DNA of 64,000 nucleotides from Pseudomonadales bacterium (GTDB lineage Bacteria > Pseudomonadota > Gammaproteobacteria > Pseudomonadales > Azotimanducaceae): contig OZ220717.1 in assembly GCA_965116625.1 (NCBI GenBank), positions 2,262,441 to 2,326,440 on the forward strand, given 5' to 3'. Within the stretch, counting starts at the first letter, position 1. Every line of letters begins with the position of its first letter. Both the position numbers and the translations under genes were made by a program. Shown in pieces: positions 1 to 8,536 of this stretch. The notes beneath the pieces were generated by a model. That model had not been told where the DNA came from, made no database searches, and worked only from the letters and a program-made list of their open reading frames with translations.

Positions 1-1
1 T

Positions 2-193
2 ACGAACGCGTTCATGAAGACGTTGAAACGCCAGCGGGCGTGTCTGCGTCCGGACGGGAGGCTGGGATGGGAGAGCGGGCCAACGACGCGCGACGCGCCG
101 GTGGACGAGCTGTTGGAGCACAACTGGCGGGTCGTGCGGGAGAGCCTCACGACGAAGTCGGGGGAATGGAATGATGCTGGCGGGATCGGCTGA
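2..193 (+). CDS. 3-prime end of an ORF entering from the left edge (64 codons); product unknown
   Basis: Hand translation of frame 2 gives ...TNAFMKTLKRQRACLRPDGRLGWESGPTTRDAPVDELLEHNWRVVRESLTTKSGEWNDAGGIG*. The TGA at 191-193 lies 6 nt before the ATG of the next gene. It is absent from the ORF track because it is open at the window edge. Confidence 0.4.
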   Translation, partial: TNAFMKTLKRQRACLRPDGRLGWESGPTTRDAPVDELLEHNWRVVRESLTTKSGEWNDAGGIG

Positions 194-199
194 GGCGGT

Positions 200-1024
200 A
201 TGCGGCAGGAGCTACGTTTCGAGGATGTCGACGGGCTCGGCTTCGCCGCGGCGCGCGGGCGGCTCGGCGATGCGGCGTTGGCGGCGTTCGAAGTGCAGAG
301 GCTCGGTCCGCTTCTGGAGTTGGCGCATCAGGTGGCTGCTGGCATTTTGCCGGGGTGGGTGCAGAACGGGACGGGGGCTGGCGCGCTGGGGCGTTTGGCG
401 AGTGCCTTGGGGCACGAGAACGAGTATTGGTCCGGGCCGGACCTTCTGGAAGAGGTGGGGTTCGTGCGCACGGCAGCCGAGAGCGAGGCGTACGAGAGGC
501 GCTTGACAACGTTGCTGGTCAGGGCAAGGGCGGCTGGTCAGCGGGTGGCTGGACTACCGAAAGTCTTGGCGGGGCAGCTGGTGGCCGCGATGAGAGAACT
601 GGAGTCGAACGTTCACGAACACGCAGAGGCGCCCGACTCGGGGGTGATCGCTTACAGAGCCGAGGCCGGCGCGTTCGAGTTCGTAGTCGCGGACCAAGGC
701 ATCGGCATTCTTCAGAGTCTTCGGAGCAGCGGCGAGTATGAGCACCTGCGCGACGAAGGAAACGCCCTTCGGGAGGCGCTGACGGAAGGCGTGTCGCGGC
801 ACGGCCGCGATGTCGGGCGCGGCTTGGGGTTCAGGCCGATGTTCCGGGGGTTGGTGGATCTTTATGGAGAGTTGCGGTTCAGGTCGGGGGACCACGCGCT
901 GACGATGGATGGGGTGGGCCCCGACGTGGCTACCGCGAGGGTCGCGCAGAAGGCGCGGATGCCGGGCTTCTTCGCAAGCGTGCGGTGCCATGGGCGGCCG
1001 GAAGCTGGGGCAACCGGATGTTGA
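200..1024 (+). CDS. GHKL / HATPase_c-type ATP-binding protein (RsbW/SpoIIAB-like kinase fold) with an unassigned ~110-aa N-terminal region
   Basis: Bergerat-fold boxes are visible: N-box ELESNVHEHA, G1 ADQGIGI, G2 GRGLGF. The gene starts at ATG 200. Confidence 0.75.
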   Translation: MRQELRFEDVDGLGFAAARGRLGDAALAAFEVQRLGPLLELAHQVAAGILPGWVQNGTGAGALGRLASALGHENEYWSGPDLLEEVGFVRTAAESEAYERRLTTLLVRARAAGQRVAGLPKVLAGQLVAAMRELESNVHEHAEAPDSGVIAYRAEAGAFEFVVADQGIGILQSLRSSGEYEHLRDEGNALREALTEGVSRHGRDVGRGLGFRPMFRGLVDLYGELRFRSGDHALTMDGVGPDVATARVAQKARMPGFFASVRCHGRPEAGATGC

Positions 1025-1455
1025 CCACCATCGTTGCGATCTGGGGTGCGTTCGTCGCAACGGTGCTGGCGCTGTTCAAGCTCCGTGAAGAGTGGGAGAA
1101 GAGGGAGTTGCGTCTAGATGTCGGCGGGACGTTCACCAGCAGCGTGGAGATAGGGCACAGGATCGACGTGCGGAATCTGGGTTCGACGCCGATCATCCTG
1201 ACGCACTGGCAGGTCGTTGGGAGTCGGGGTTGGTGGATGTTCCGGAAGTTGAGGCCTATCGAGGCGGCCGATTTCGACGCGGGCGATATACGAATCGGCG
1301 CCATGGAGAGCCATAGCCTGCACTTCGCTGAGGCCCGGCACTTTGCGTACGTGGGCCGGAGGATTTGGATTCGGCTGTACGTGGCGGGGCGAACGCGGCC
1401 GGAGTTGCACAAGGTCTTCGGGGCAAATTGGTGGACGCTAGTACTGCGTGGTTGA
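1018..1455 (+). CDS. Small single-pass membrane protein, function unknown
   Basis: N-terminal hydrophobic helix MLTTIVAIWGAFVATVLALF followed by about 120 aa of beta-rich sequence. ATG 1018 overlaps the upstream stop (ATGTTGA, stop 1022-1024). An alternative GTG start lies at 985. Confidence 0.6.
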   Translation: MLTTIVAIWGAFVATVLALFKLREEWEKRELRLDVGGTFTSSVEIGHRIDVRNLGSTPIILTHWQVVGSRGWWMFRKLRPIEAADFDAGDIRIGAMESHSLHFAEARHFAYVGRRIWIRLYVAGRTRPELHKVFGANWWTLVLRG

Positions 1456-1812
1456 GGCCGGAGGGGCAAGGCAACGCGCCGGGCGGCTTTGTGGTTACAC
1501 GGCGATGTGGTGTTGAGTCCTCCCCGTGGAGGATTCCTACGGCGGGTAAGCGCGGGTTTGTTGGGCCTGACAGGCGGAGGCTGAAGGCGGGTTGGCTGGA
1601 AACCGCGTTGACGCGGAATGAGAGGATGGAGTTGCTGACGGTTGCAGGAGGAGAACCGAATGCTGTATTCGTATGCAGGCTGTGCTGTTGTTTGGCGAAG
1701 AGAAGCAGGCTGGTGTTGTACGTGAAGCGGGTCGCGCTGGGCAGCCCGAGGGGGTTCCGGGCGAGGCCGTTCAAGCTGGAACGTTGGTGGCGAGGCGGGG
1801 GTTGGATGCGGG

Positions 1813-4800
1813 GTGGATCGCGCACCCGATGGGTCGGTGCTCGAGTGTGGGATTGGGTCCGAGCCTGCAGAACGGTCCGGGGCTTTGCAGGCCGGGGCAA
1901 GTGTGCTGACGGCGCAGGAACTAGAGTCGCTGGTGGCGGAACTGGCTGATCGGCCAGGGCACGAGAAGGTCCGGGCGCTGTTACATCGGTTATTGGTGGA
2001 CGGGCTTGGCTTAGACAGTCGTCAAATCGACTTCGAGAAACCGGCGCCGGAAGTTCGCGGGAGGATGGACGCGTTGCTCGGACGTACCGTGGTGGAGTTG
2101 AAATCGGATCTGCGCCGGGAACGTGGCGAGGCCGAACGGGGACTATCGCGTTACCTGCGCGACAGGGAGGACCAGACAGGTGAGAGGTACGTGGGGATCG
2201 CTACGGACGGTGCGGAGTTTTCGGCTTACTTCCTGCGCGGGGCGGAGGTGGAGCCGGTGGGCGGGCATCGCACCAATGCGGCGGCGCCTGCAGAACTGGT
2301 TAGCTGGCTGCGCAGCACGGTGGCGGTGGGCAGCGGGCTGCACCCGGATCCAGAGACTATCAGGCGGGAGTTCGGGCGGGACAGCCTGGCGGCTCGTAGA
2401 GCGCTCAGCGAACTGGGAGGGCTTTGGGAAGGTGTTCGAGAGTCGCCCGAAGCGATGCTAAAGAGGGATCTGTGGAACCGACTGCTGAGCCTGGCCTACG
2501 GAGCGGATGTCGGGGACGAGAGCCTGTTTCTGCAACACACCTATCTGGTCATTGTTGCAAAGGCGGTGGTATGGGCGGCGCTGATCGAGTCGAAACCGAC
2601 AAGCGGAGAGGGGTTGCTGCATGGGACGGGCTTCTCGGAACTCGGCATAACGGGGCAGAGCGAAGCGGACTTCTTCGATTGGGTGCTCGGAGCGGATGGC
2701 GGGGCGGAATTCGTGATGAGGGTGGTGGGCCAGGTTTCGCGGTTCCGGCTCGAGGACATCCGGATGGATATCCTCAAGGCGTTGTACGAGAGCCTCATTG
2801 ACCCGGAGACGCGTCACGACCTCGGCGAGTACTACACGCCGGACTGGCTCGCTGCAAGGATGGTAAGGGAGGCGGTCGACAAGCCCCTCGCGCTGCGGGT
2901 GATGGATCCTGCCTGCGGATCGGGCACGTTTCTGTTTCATGCGGTACGGCGCCTGCTGGCGGCCGCTGAGCTCGGCGGTCTGTCGGCGGGCGCCGCGGCT
3001 CGCTTGGCCGTGGAAAGGATCGCGGGAGTCGACATTCATCCGGTGGCGGTCATCTTCGCGCGGGCGACATACCTGTTAGCCCTGGTGCCGGCGCTGCGGG
3101 AGGAACATCCGGGCGAGGTAACGCTGCCCGTGTATCTCGGGGACGCCCTGCAGTGGAACCGGGCTCGCACGGGCGAAGAGGGCGAGCAGGCGGACTTGTT
3201 CGCGGGGGGGGATACGCTGGAGATCTACGTTCCAGCGGTGACGCTTGCCGACCCGCCGCGGCGTTTCAGCGAAGCGTTGCTCTCCTTTCCATCGCCCGTG
3301 GCGGCGGATGCAGGACTCCTGGATCGCGTGCTAGGTACGATGATCGAGTACGGGTCTAGGTCGGAGCGGGCGCGCCACTACGACGCATGGCTCGATCGCG
3401 AGACCGTGTTGACGCAGGAGGACCGGCGGGTCCTGCGGACGACGTACCGAACGATGCGCGAGTTGCAGGAGCAGGGACGGAATCACATCTGGGGCTACGT
3501 CGCCCGGAATCTAGCGCGCCCGGTGTGGTTGTCGAGCGACGAGCAGAAGGCGGACGTGGTGGTGGGGAACCCGCCTTGGGTCACGTACCGGAGAATGAAG
3601 GGGGAGTTCCAGGCCAGGTTCCGGGAGGAGGCCCGGGCGGCGCAGCTGTGGTGGTCGGGTCGTGGTACCTCGGCCAACGACCTGTCGGCGTATTTCTACG
3701 CCAGGGCGGCGCTGCTGTACATGCGCGCGCGCGGTCGGGTGGCGCTGGTAATGCCCTTTGCGGCGATGTCGCGTCAGGCGTATCGGCACTTCAGGGAAGG
3801 GATCGTGGGACGCCTGGACCGGGAGGAGTTCCGGCTCCGTTTCACGCGGGCATGGACGTTTGACGCGGGGGTACAGCCGTTGTTCCCGGTGCCGAGTTGC
3901 GTGCTCTTTGCTGAGCGGCAAGTCGGTGCTGGTTCCGCCCGGTTGCCCAACGGAGTGGAGGCGTTTTCGGGATCCTTACCCAGGCGCGATGCCGACGAGG
4001 CGGAGGCGGACGATTGCTTGACCAGCGTGATTCGGCCTTGGCCGAGCGATGCATCCGTCGCGGAGGGATCGTCCTACCGCAAGAGGTTTCGGCAAGGTGC
4101 GATCCTGGTGCCGCGACGGCTGACGCTCGTGGAGCGTGTGACGACTGGAGCGTTGCCGCCGAATCCGGAGACACCGCTGGTGTTGGGACAGACGGGCAAC
4201 CAAGACAAGGACCCGTGGAAACAGGTGGATCCGCCGCGGGGAACCGTGGAGAAGGAGTTTCTGCGTTCCGCCATACTGGGCGAGTGCGTATTGCCCTTCC
4301 GTGTGCTCTCGGCGAGGGAAGCGGTAGTGCCGTGGGAGCAGGAGACGGGGGCGCTGGTCGACGCGTCCGGGGCGTCAGCACGCGGCCACCGACATCTTGC
4401 TCGGTGGATGGGCGAGACGGAGCGGCTCTGGAACGAACATGGGCGGGGGCGGCGAGCCCTGAAGGACCAGCACGACTACTACGGACAGCTGTCGGCGCAG
4501 TTTCCATTGCCCAGCGTGCGAGTCGTGTACACGAAGGCGGGAAGGAACTTGGTCGCTGCTGTTGTCCGCGACGGGTCGGCGGTGGTAGACCACACACTGT
4601 ACTGGGGCGGTGCCGGCGAAGAGGAGGCGTACTACCTCTGCGCATTGCTGAACAGCGAATGTGTGCGAATGCAGGTAGAGCAGTACCAGGCGCAGGGACA
4701 ATGGGGGGCGCGGCACTTCGACAAGTACGTCTTCAACCTGCCGATTCCCGTTTTCGACCAGGAGGTGGCGCTGCACGGGCGGCTCGCGGCGGCGGGCAGG

Positions 4801-4989
4801 GTTGCCGAAGAAGTGGCTGCTGGTGTGGAGGTGCCACCCGGTGAGCACTTCCAGCGGGCACGCAGGGTGCTGAGGGCCTCTTTGGTGGGCCACGGTATCG
4901 CTGGTCGCACTGAGGAACTGGTCGCCGAGTTGTTGAAGGTCGGTGCCGGCGTAGGCAAGGAGCGGAAGAACGCGGGTACCGGCTCGTAA
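1813..4989 (+). CDS. Type IIG/IIL-like fused restriction-modification protein (MmeI-like N-terminal PD-ExK nuclease + gamma-class N6-adenine DNA methyltransferase + C-terminal target-recognition region)
   Basis: Nuclease-like motif GRMDALLGRTVVELKS (D-x8-E-x-K) followed by RYVGIATDG. SAM motif I is MDPACGSGTFLFHAV and catalytic motif IV is VVGNPPWVTY; YYTPDWLA lies upstream of motif I. The start is uncertain: GTG 1813, or in-frame GTG 1903 (VLTAQELE...). Confidence 0.85.
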   Translation: MDRAPDGSVLECGIGSEPAERSGALQAGASVLTAQELESLVAELADRPGHEKVRALLHRLLVDGLGLDSRQIDFEKPAPEVRGRMDALLGRTVVELKSDLRRERGEAERGLSRYLRDREDQTGERYVGIATDGAEFSAYFLRGAEVEPVGGHRTNAAAPAELVSWLRSTVAVGSGLHPDPETIRREFGRDSLAARRALSELGGLWEGVRESPEAMLKRDLWNRLLSLAYGADVGDESLFLQHTYLVIVAKAVVWAALIESKPTSGEGLLHGTGFSELGITGQSEADFFDWVLGADGGAEFVMRVVGQVSRFRLEDIRMDILKALYESLIDPETRHDLGEYYTPDWLAARMVREAVDKPLALRVMDPACGSGTFLFHAVRRLLAAAELGGLSAGAAARLAVERIAGVDIHPVAVIFARATYLLALVPALREEHPGEVTLPVYLGDALQWNRARTGEEGEQADLFAGGDTLEIYVPAVTLADPPRRFSEALLSFPSPVAADAGLLDRVLGTMIEYGSRSERARHYDAWLDRETVLTQEDRRVLRTTYRTMRELQEQGRNHIWGYVARNLARPVWLSSDEQKADVVVGNPPWVTYRRMKGEFQARFREEARAAQLWWSGRGTSANDLSAYFYARAALLYMRARGRVALVMPFAAMSRQAYRHFREGIVGRLDREEFRLRFTRAWTFDAGVQPLFPVPSCVLFAERQVGAGSARLPNGVEAFSGSLPRRDADEAEADDCLTSVIRPWPSDASVAEGSSYRKRFRQGAILVPRRLTLVERVTTGALPPNPETPLVLGQTGNQDKDPWKQVDPPRGTVEKEFLRSAILGECVLPFRVLSAREAVVPWEQETGALVDASGASARGHRHLARWMGETERLWNEHGRGRRALKDQHDYYGQLSAQFPLPSVRVVYTKAGRNLVAAVVRDGSAVVDHTLYWGGAGEEEAYYLCALLNSECVRMQVEQYQAQGQWGARHFDKYVFNLPIPVFDQEVALHGRLAAAGRVAEEVAAGVEVPPGEHFQRARRVLRASLVGHGIAGRTEELVAELLKVGAGVGKERKNAGTGS

Positions 4990-5112
4990 GAGTGAGACGG
5001 GAGCCCCCTCCGCGCAGCGAGCGAGCCTTGGACCGGTCGCAGATTGTGGAGTTGGAGGGCCGGAGATTCACGGCGGGAGTATCGGATCGGCACACGACAA
5101 CGGAGGTGATGA

Positions 5113-6138
5113 ATGGTGAGCACGTTTGTGCACTGGGATGCGAAGGGGCCGACTACGTTGTCAGAGCTCTGGCGGGTCCACAAATGGGTCAAGACGACCG
5201 AGTTCTTCGGAGTCTACGCGTACGCAGTCGAGTCGGGCGTGGCCGCCTTCGAACGGGAGTTCGGTGACGCGTTCTGGAAGCAGGTCGCCTCGCGCTGGTT
5301 GTTTGGGATTGACTATGGGCGGACGCGTCCCGGAGCACTCCGCGCTGTGCTTGATCGTCCGAACACGGAGGTGCGAGTCCACGATGGCGCCTGGACGGTG
5401 GACCGAGCGGGCTTCAATCCCCGGCGCGGTTTCCATTTGAAAACCGCGTTCCTGTCGAACGGAGAAAAAACACGCCACGGGATGGTGGTTGGATCGGGCA
5501 ACCTCTCGGCGAGCGGTCTTCGTTGGAGCGTGGAGGCCGGGGCAACGCTGAAGGCGAAGACGCTTGCAGGATTCGACCGGTCGATCAAGCCTGCATGGGA
5601 GATTGCGGAGAGCGCATGGGAGGCGGCAACGCCGGCAGAGGCGATCATCGACCTCTATGAGAGTCGTTGGAAGACCAATCTCCCGGGGAAGGATGTCGAT
5701 CAGGCCACGGATCCCGACTTCGGCGGCATCGAAATCTTTTGGATTGAAGCAGGGTACGTTACGCCGAATCGAGGGGCGAAGAAGCCGGGTAACCAAATCG
5801 ACATGCCCAAGGGAATGAGTCGATATTTCGGATTCGAGAACGCACAGAACCTGACTCCGCCATCGGTGATTGGGGCCATCACATTCGATCCCCCGGAGGG
5901 AAAGCCCGTCACCAGAAATCTACGGTTGGGTGGGAACATGATGGAGAAGATCACGCTGCCGATACCGGAAACGCACGGGCTGGACGCGTACGACGGCAAG
6001 GTGTTGGTGTTCGCATCGGAGAATGGGCGGTTCCGCATTTCGGCGCTGGAGCCAGACGACTTTGACGCGGCGTTCAAGCATCGGGTTGCGCATGTGCGGG
6101 CAATGGACAGCGGAAGACGGTACGGTCACATCGTCTGA
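5113..6138 (+). CDS. Phospholipase-D-superfamily (single HKD) nuclease, BfiI/NgoAVII-like, with an unassigned ~170-aa C-terminal domain
   Basis: One HxK...GSxN motif: FHLKTAFLSNGEKTRHGMVVGSGNLSASGL (His108/Lys110/Asn130, nt 5434-5502). GGAGG lies 6 nt upstream of ATG 5113. Confidence 0.75.
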   Translation: MVSTFVHWDAKGPTTLSELWRVHKWVKTTEFFGVYAYAVESGVAAFEREFGDAFWKQVASRWLFGIDYGRTRPGALRAVLDRPNTEVRVHDGAWTVDRAGFNPRRGFHLKTAFLSNGEKTRHGMVVGSGNLSASGLRWSVEAGATLKAKTLAGFDRSIKPAWEIAESAWEAATPAEAIIDLYESRWKTNLPGKDVDQATDPDFGGIEIFWIEAGYVTPNRGAKKPGNQIDMPKGMSRYFGFENAQNLTPPSVIGAITFDPPEGKPVTRNLRLGGNMMEKITLPIPETHGLDAYDGKVLVFASENGRFRISALEPDDFDAAFKHRVAHVRAMDSGRRYGHIV

Positions 6139-6748
6139 TTTGGACCGAGTGGGCCGTTGGAAGTTCGATGATGTGCTGTGAACTGGGCGGGCAATGATCC
6201 TGAACCCAAGTTCGGGTCGCATGAGTGTTTCTCGACGCTGTGCGGAACGAGCGTGGGGTTCGCCGCCTTGCCAACGCTGCTTGTTGATTGAAGAGTGTTG
6301 GCGCTCGCTTAGGCGAGTCGGGCACGTGTAGGCGGGGCGCTTTAGTCTGGGTCTGTAAATGCCACGGAGAAAACGAGCAGGAAATGTCCGAGGTCGCGGT
6401 TCTGGGGATACATCGGAGTCCCGGAGATGTCCGGCGCGGGGTACACCGAGCCGGCCGAGGCACGGTCGCAGCGGACGCGGGTAGCGTGACGCTCTGCGAC
6501 GGGTTCGAGTCCGGCGGCGCTCGTCCTTGCGGATGCGCGTGACGGTGGAGATCAACGGGCGAGTACGCGGGCGTCCTCGGGTACACAAGCGGTTCGTTGA
6601 GCGTGGTGTTCCGCTGGTTCGAGGGACGGCGAACATTACGACTCTCGAACTCGACGAGGCTGCTGGCGACGAAGCTGCCCACGCTGCACCAGCGGAAGAA
6701 GAAGTGAGGCAGCGTGCGTCGAATCCGCGCTGATCGGGGAGAGGACAG

Positions 6749-7411
6749 GTGAGTGGGCAAGTAGTGCCGGAACCGTACTGGAGCGGTGGCCCGTTCAGGG
6801 TTCGGTTGGGCTATCCGTATTCCACTTCGCGGGAGTCTGTAGAGGAGGGCATTGAAGTCCTGGAGGAATTCAGGGCTGGATGCCAGAGGGCATATTGTGC
6901 GTTTAGCGGCTCGGTGACGGGGCAACCCGACGCCTTGGGTAAGTACAAGCGATTGTTGAGGAGGCCCGAAAAGCGCTTTTTCGTGGGAAGGGGGCCGCCT
7001 GGGGGTGAGCAACTGCCGGGACGGTCGACGATAGCGACTTTGCGACAGGGTGAATTCCTTTCGGCGATGGTCGAGGGCGGCGAATTCGAGAATCTGCGGA
7101 ACCAGGCGCTGTTGGTGATGATCTATCACCGCTGGGAGGAAGTGTATCGCTACCGGATCAGCCGCGTTTTCGGGGTGCGGAAGAACCTCGTGGATTGCTT
7201 GCTGATGGGTGAAGTAAGACTTGTGAGAAACGTGATCGTGCACGAGGGCGGGGTGGTGACCGGTGAGCTTAGGTGTCCGTTTTTGGAACGAATCTGGGGG
7301 CCCATCGGGCTTGGTCAGCTGCGTATAAGTGATGTCATGGTCCACGCTTTGATGGAGCAGTTGAACGCGATTCAGGTCGAAGTGAAGAGCGGGGTAGACG
7401 GCGGGCGATAG
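6749..7411 (+). CDS. Hypothetical protein with HEPN-like RNxxxH motif
   Basis: GTG start preceded by GGGGAGAGGA. Amino-acid composition looks protein-like, unlike the overlapping 463-aa antisense ORF. C-terminal half carries EVRLVRNVIVHEGG (R-N-x3-H). Confidence 0.55.
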   Translation: MSGQVVPEPYWSGGPFRVRLGYPYSTSRESVEEGIEVLEEFRAGCQRAYCAFSGSVTGQPDALGKYKRLLRRPEKRFFVGRGPPGGEQLPGRSTIATLRQGEFLSAMVEGGEFENLRNQALLVMIYHRWEEVYRYRISRVFGVRKNLVDCLLMGEVRLVRNVIVHEGGVVTGELRCPFLERIWGPIGLGQLRISDVMVHALMEQLNAIQVEVKSGVDGGR

Positions 7412-7468
7412 GCTGGCGGGAGGGGCCCGTTGCGTTCGAGTGCTTCGGGTGCAGCAACGTACCAAGCC

Positions 7469-8362
7469 CTACGGTGCGAGGCAACCAGAGCTGGTGGATC
7501 GTGCGAAGTCCCGTAGCGTCTCGCGTAGGGCGTTCATGAAGTATACGGACCCATTGAAGTTGATGATAAGCCACGCCTCCTTGGACTGTCTCGGACTAAG
7601 CTTGGTTAGAACCCACTTGCGTAGCGTGCCGGTACCGTGTGCCTCCGCAGTGCGGATGCGGTTGAGATTGTCGATTATCCCGAGCAAATTGTCGGGGAAA
7701 GACGACGCCGGTACTCCGGTGCGCGGCTCAGACTTGCCGCCAGGGGTGGTGTTGTTGAGGCCTGCCGATGCCGCGATGCTCTCGAAGGTGTGGTTGTCGA
7801 GACATTGTTTTAGGTGTGGTGAGAGGGGCGGCCAATCACGCGCGTGGTTGGTGAGAAACTTCAGCTTGGAGCCACCTTGAATGAAACGCTCGTAGTTTGT
7901 CGGGTCGTAGAGTAAGAACAGGATTCCGACGTACTTGTCCCAGAACGCGCGGCACCGGAGAGTGAATGACGTTAGCTTGTGGAGTCGCGTCATCTTGGTG
8001 TGCAGCGCGTCGGGACTTTGGAGAGGCGATGCATCGGCGTGTGGGCGACCCCGTGAGAAGTGCTCGTTCCAGACGTCGACGCTGGCGGCCATGTCGAGTT
8101 CCATGAACATGTGGGTGATCTCGAGGTCGACGGTGGCCCAGAAGAGCTGGCCTGGCGTTGTGCCGGGGTGCGAGTAGTCCAGTAGATCCGCGAGGAATGC
8201 GGTCGGAATGCGGTCTTCGCGTCCGCCGCGGGCTCGGAACTGGCGGAGTCCGGCCTGTAGGGCTTCGGCCTCTTGGCGAGACGTTATGTTGAGTGTGCCG
8301 GTGGACATGGGGGATACCAACATGGAGGCTCGGTATTCGGTTTCGGGCTGGCGGTTGGGCAT
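7469..8362 (-). CDS. Hypothetical protein with HEPN-like Rx4H motif
   Basis: ORF 7469-8380 (TTG start), with the first ATG at 8362. Motif NLNRIRTAEAHGTG. About 48 % G+C in a roughly 70-nt stretch counted by hand (7540-7612), against a much GC-richer surrounding genome. Confidence 0.55.
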   Translation of the reverse strand: MPNRQPETEYRASMLVSPMSTGTLNITSRQEAEALQAGLRQFRARGGREDRIPTAFLADLLDYSHPGTTPGQLFWATVDLEITHMFMELDMAASVDVWNEHFSRGRPHADASPLQSPDALHTKMTRLHKLTSFTLRCRAFWDKYVGILFLLYDPTNYERFIQGGSKLKFLTNHARDWPPLSPHLKQCLDNHTFESIAASAGLNNTTPGGKSEPRTGVPASSFPDNLLGIIDNLNRIRTAEAHGTGTLRKWVLTKLSPRQSKEAWLIINFNGSVYFMNALRETLRDFARSTSSGCLAP

Positions 8363-8536
8363 TGTGACACGGCCGAACAATCTGAGGTGGACGTTGCTGG
8401 ATTTGGCGCGAGGGTCTCGGGGCGGTTGAGCGACTGCGCGTGTGTGCGGGCTAGCGCCGGGTGTTGGGTTTGACGCGGGTAAGGTCGTTTGGGGCGCGTG
8501 GTTGATTGCGAGCGGGCCTGTGTGGTGGCAGGACCG

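Noticed and set aside
1365-1949. 194-aa ORF running through the G-rich spacer and overlapping both flanking genes
   Set aside because: The frame is open only because the G/T-rich, C-poor sequence rarely makes stop codons. The predicted peptide is rich in R, G and W and overlaps two better-supported genes.
1813-6138. Classifying the methylase + PLD pair as DISARM (drmMI + drmC) or BREX (pglX)
   Set aside because: No DrmA/DrmB helicase-DUF1998 pair, SNF2, PglZ, BrxC or BrxL genes are present between 1 and 10 kb. The methylase also carries an MmeI-like nuclease motif. Genes left of the window could still change this.
6448-6525. tRNA-like T-loop motif GGGTTCGAGTCC (6501-6512), possibly a tRNA or an att remnant
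   Set aside because: When folded by hand, only 3 of 5 T-stem pairs and 4 of 7 acceptor pairs form. There is no recognisable D-arm or anticodon arm and no CCA. I cannot support a tRNA or a tRNA 3-prime fragment.
6074-7465. 463-aa minus-strand ORF spanning the 6.1-6.7 kb spacer and the 220-aa gene
   Set aside because: The composition is rich in P, R, S, T and H with no motifs. The plus-strand 220-aa ORF has a Shine-Dalgarno sequence and protein-like sequence. I have kept the possibility open that neither is expressed.
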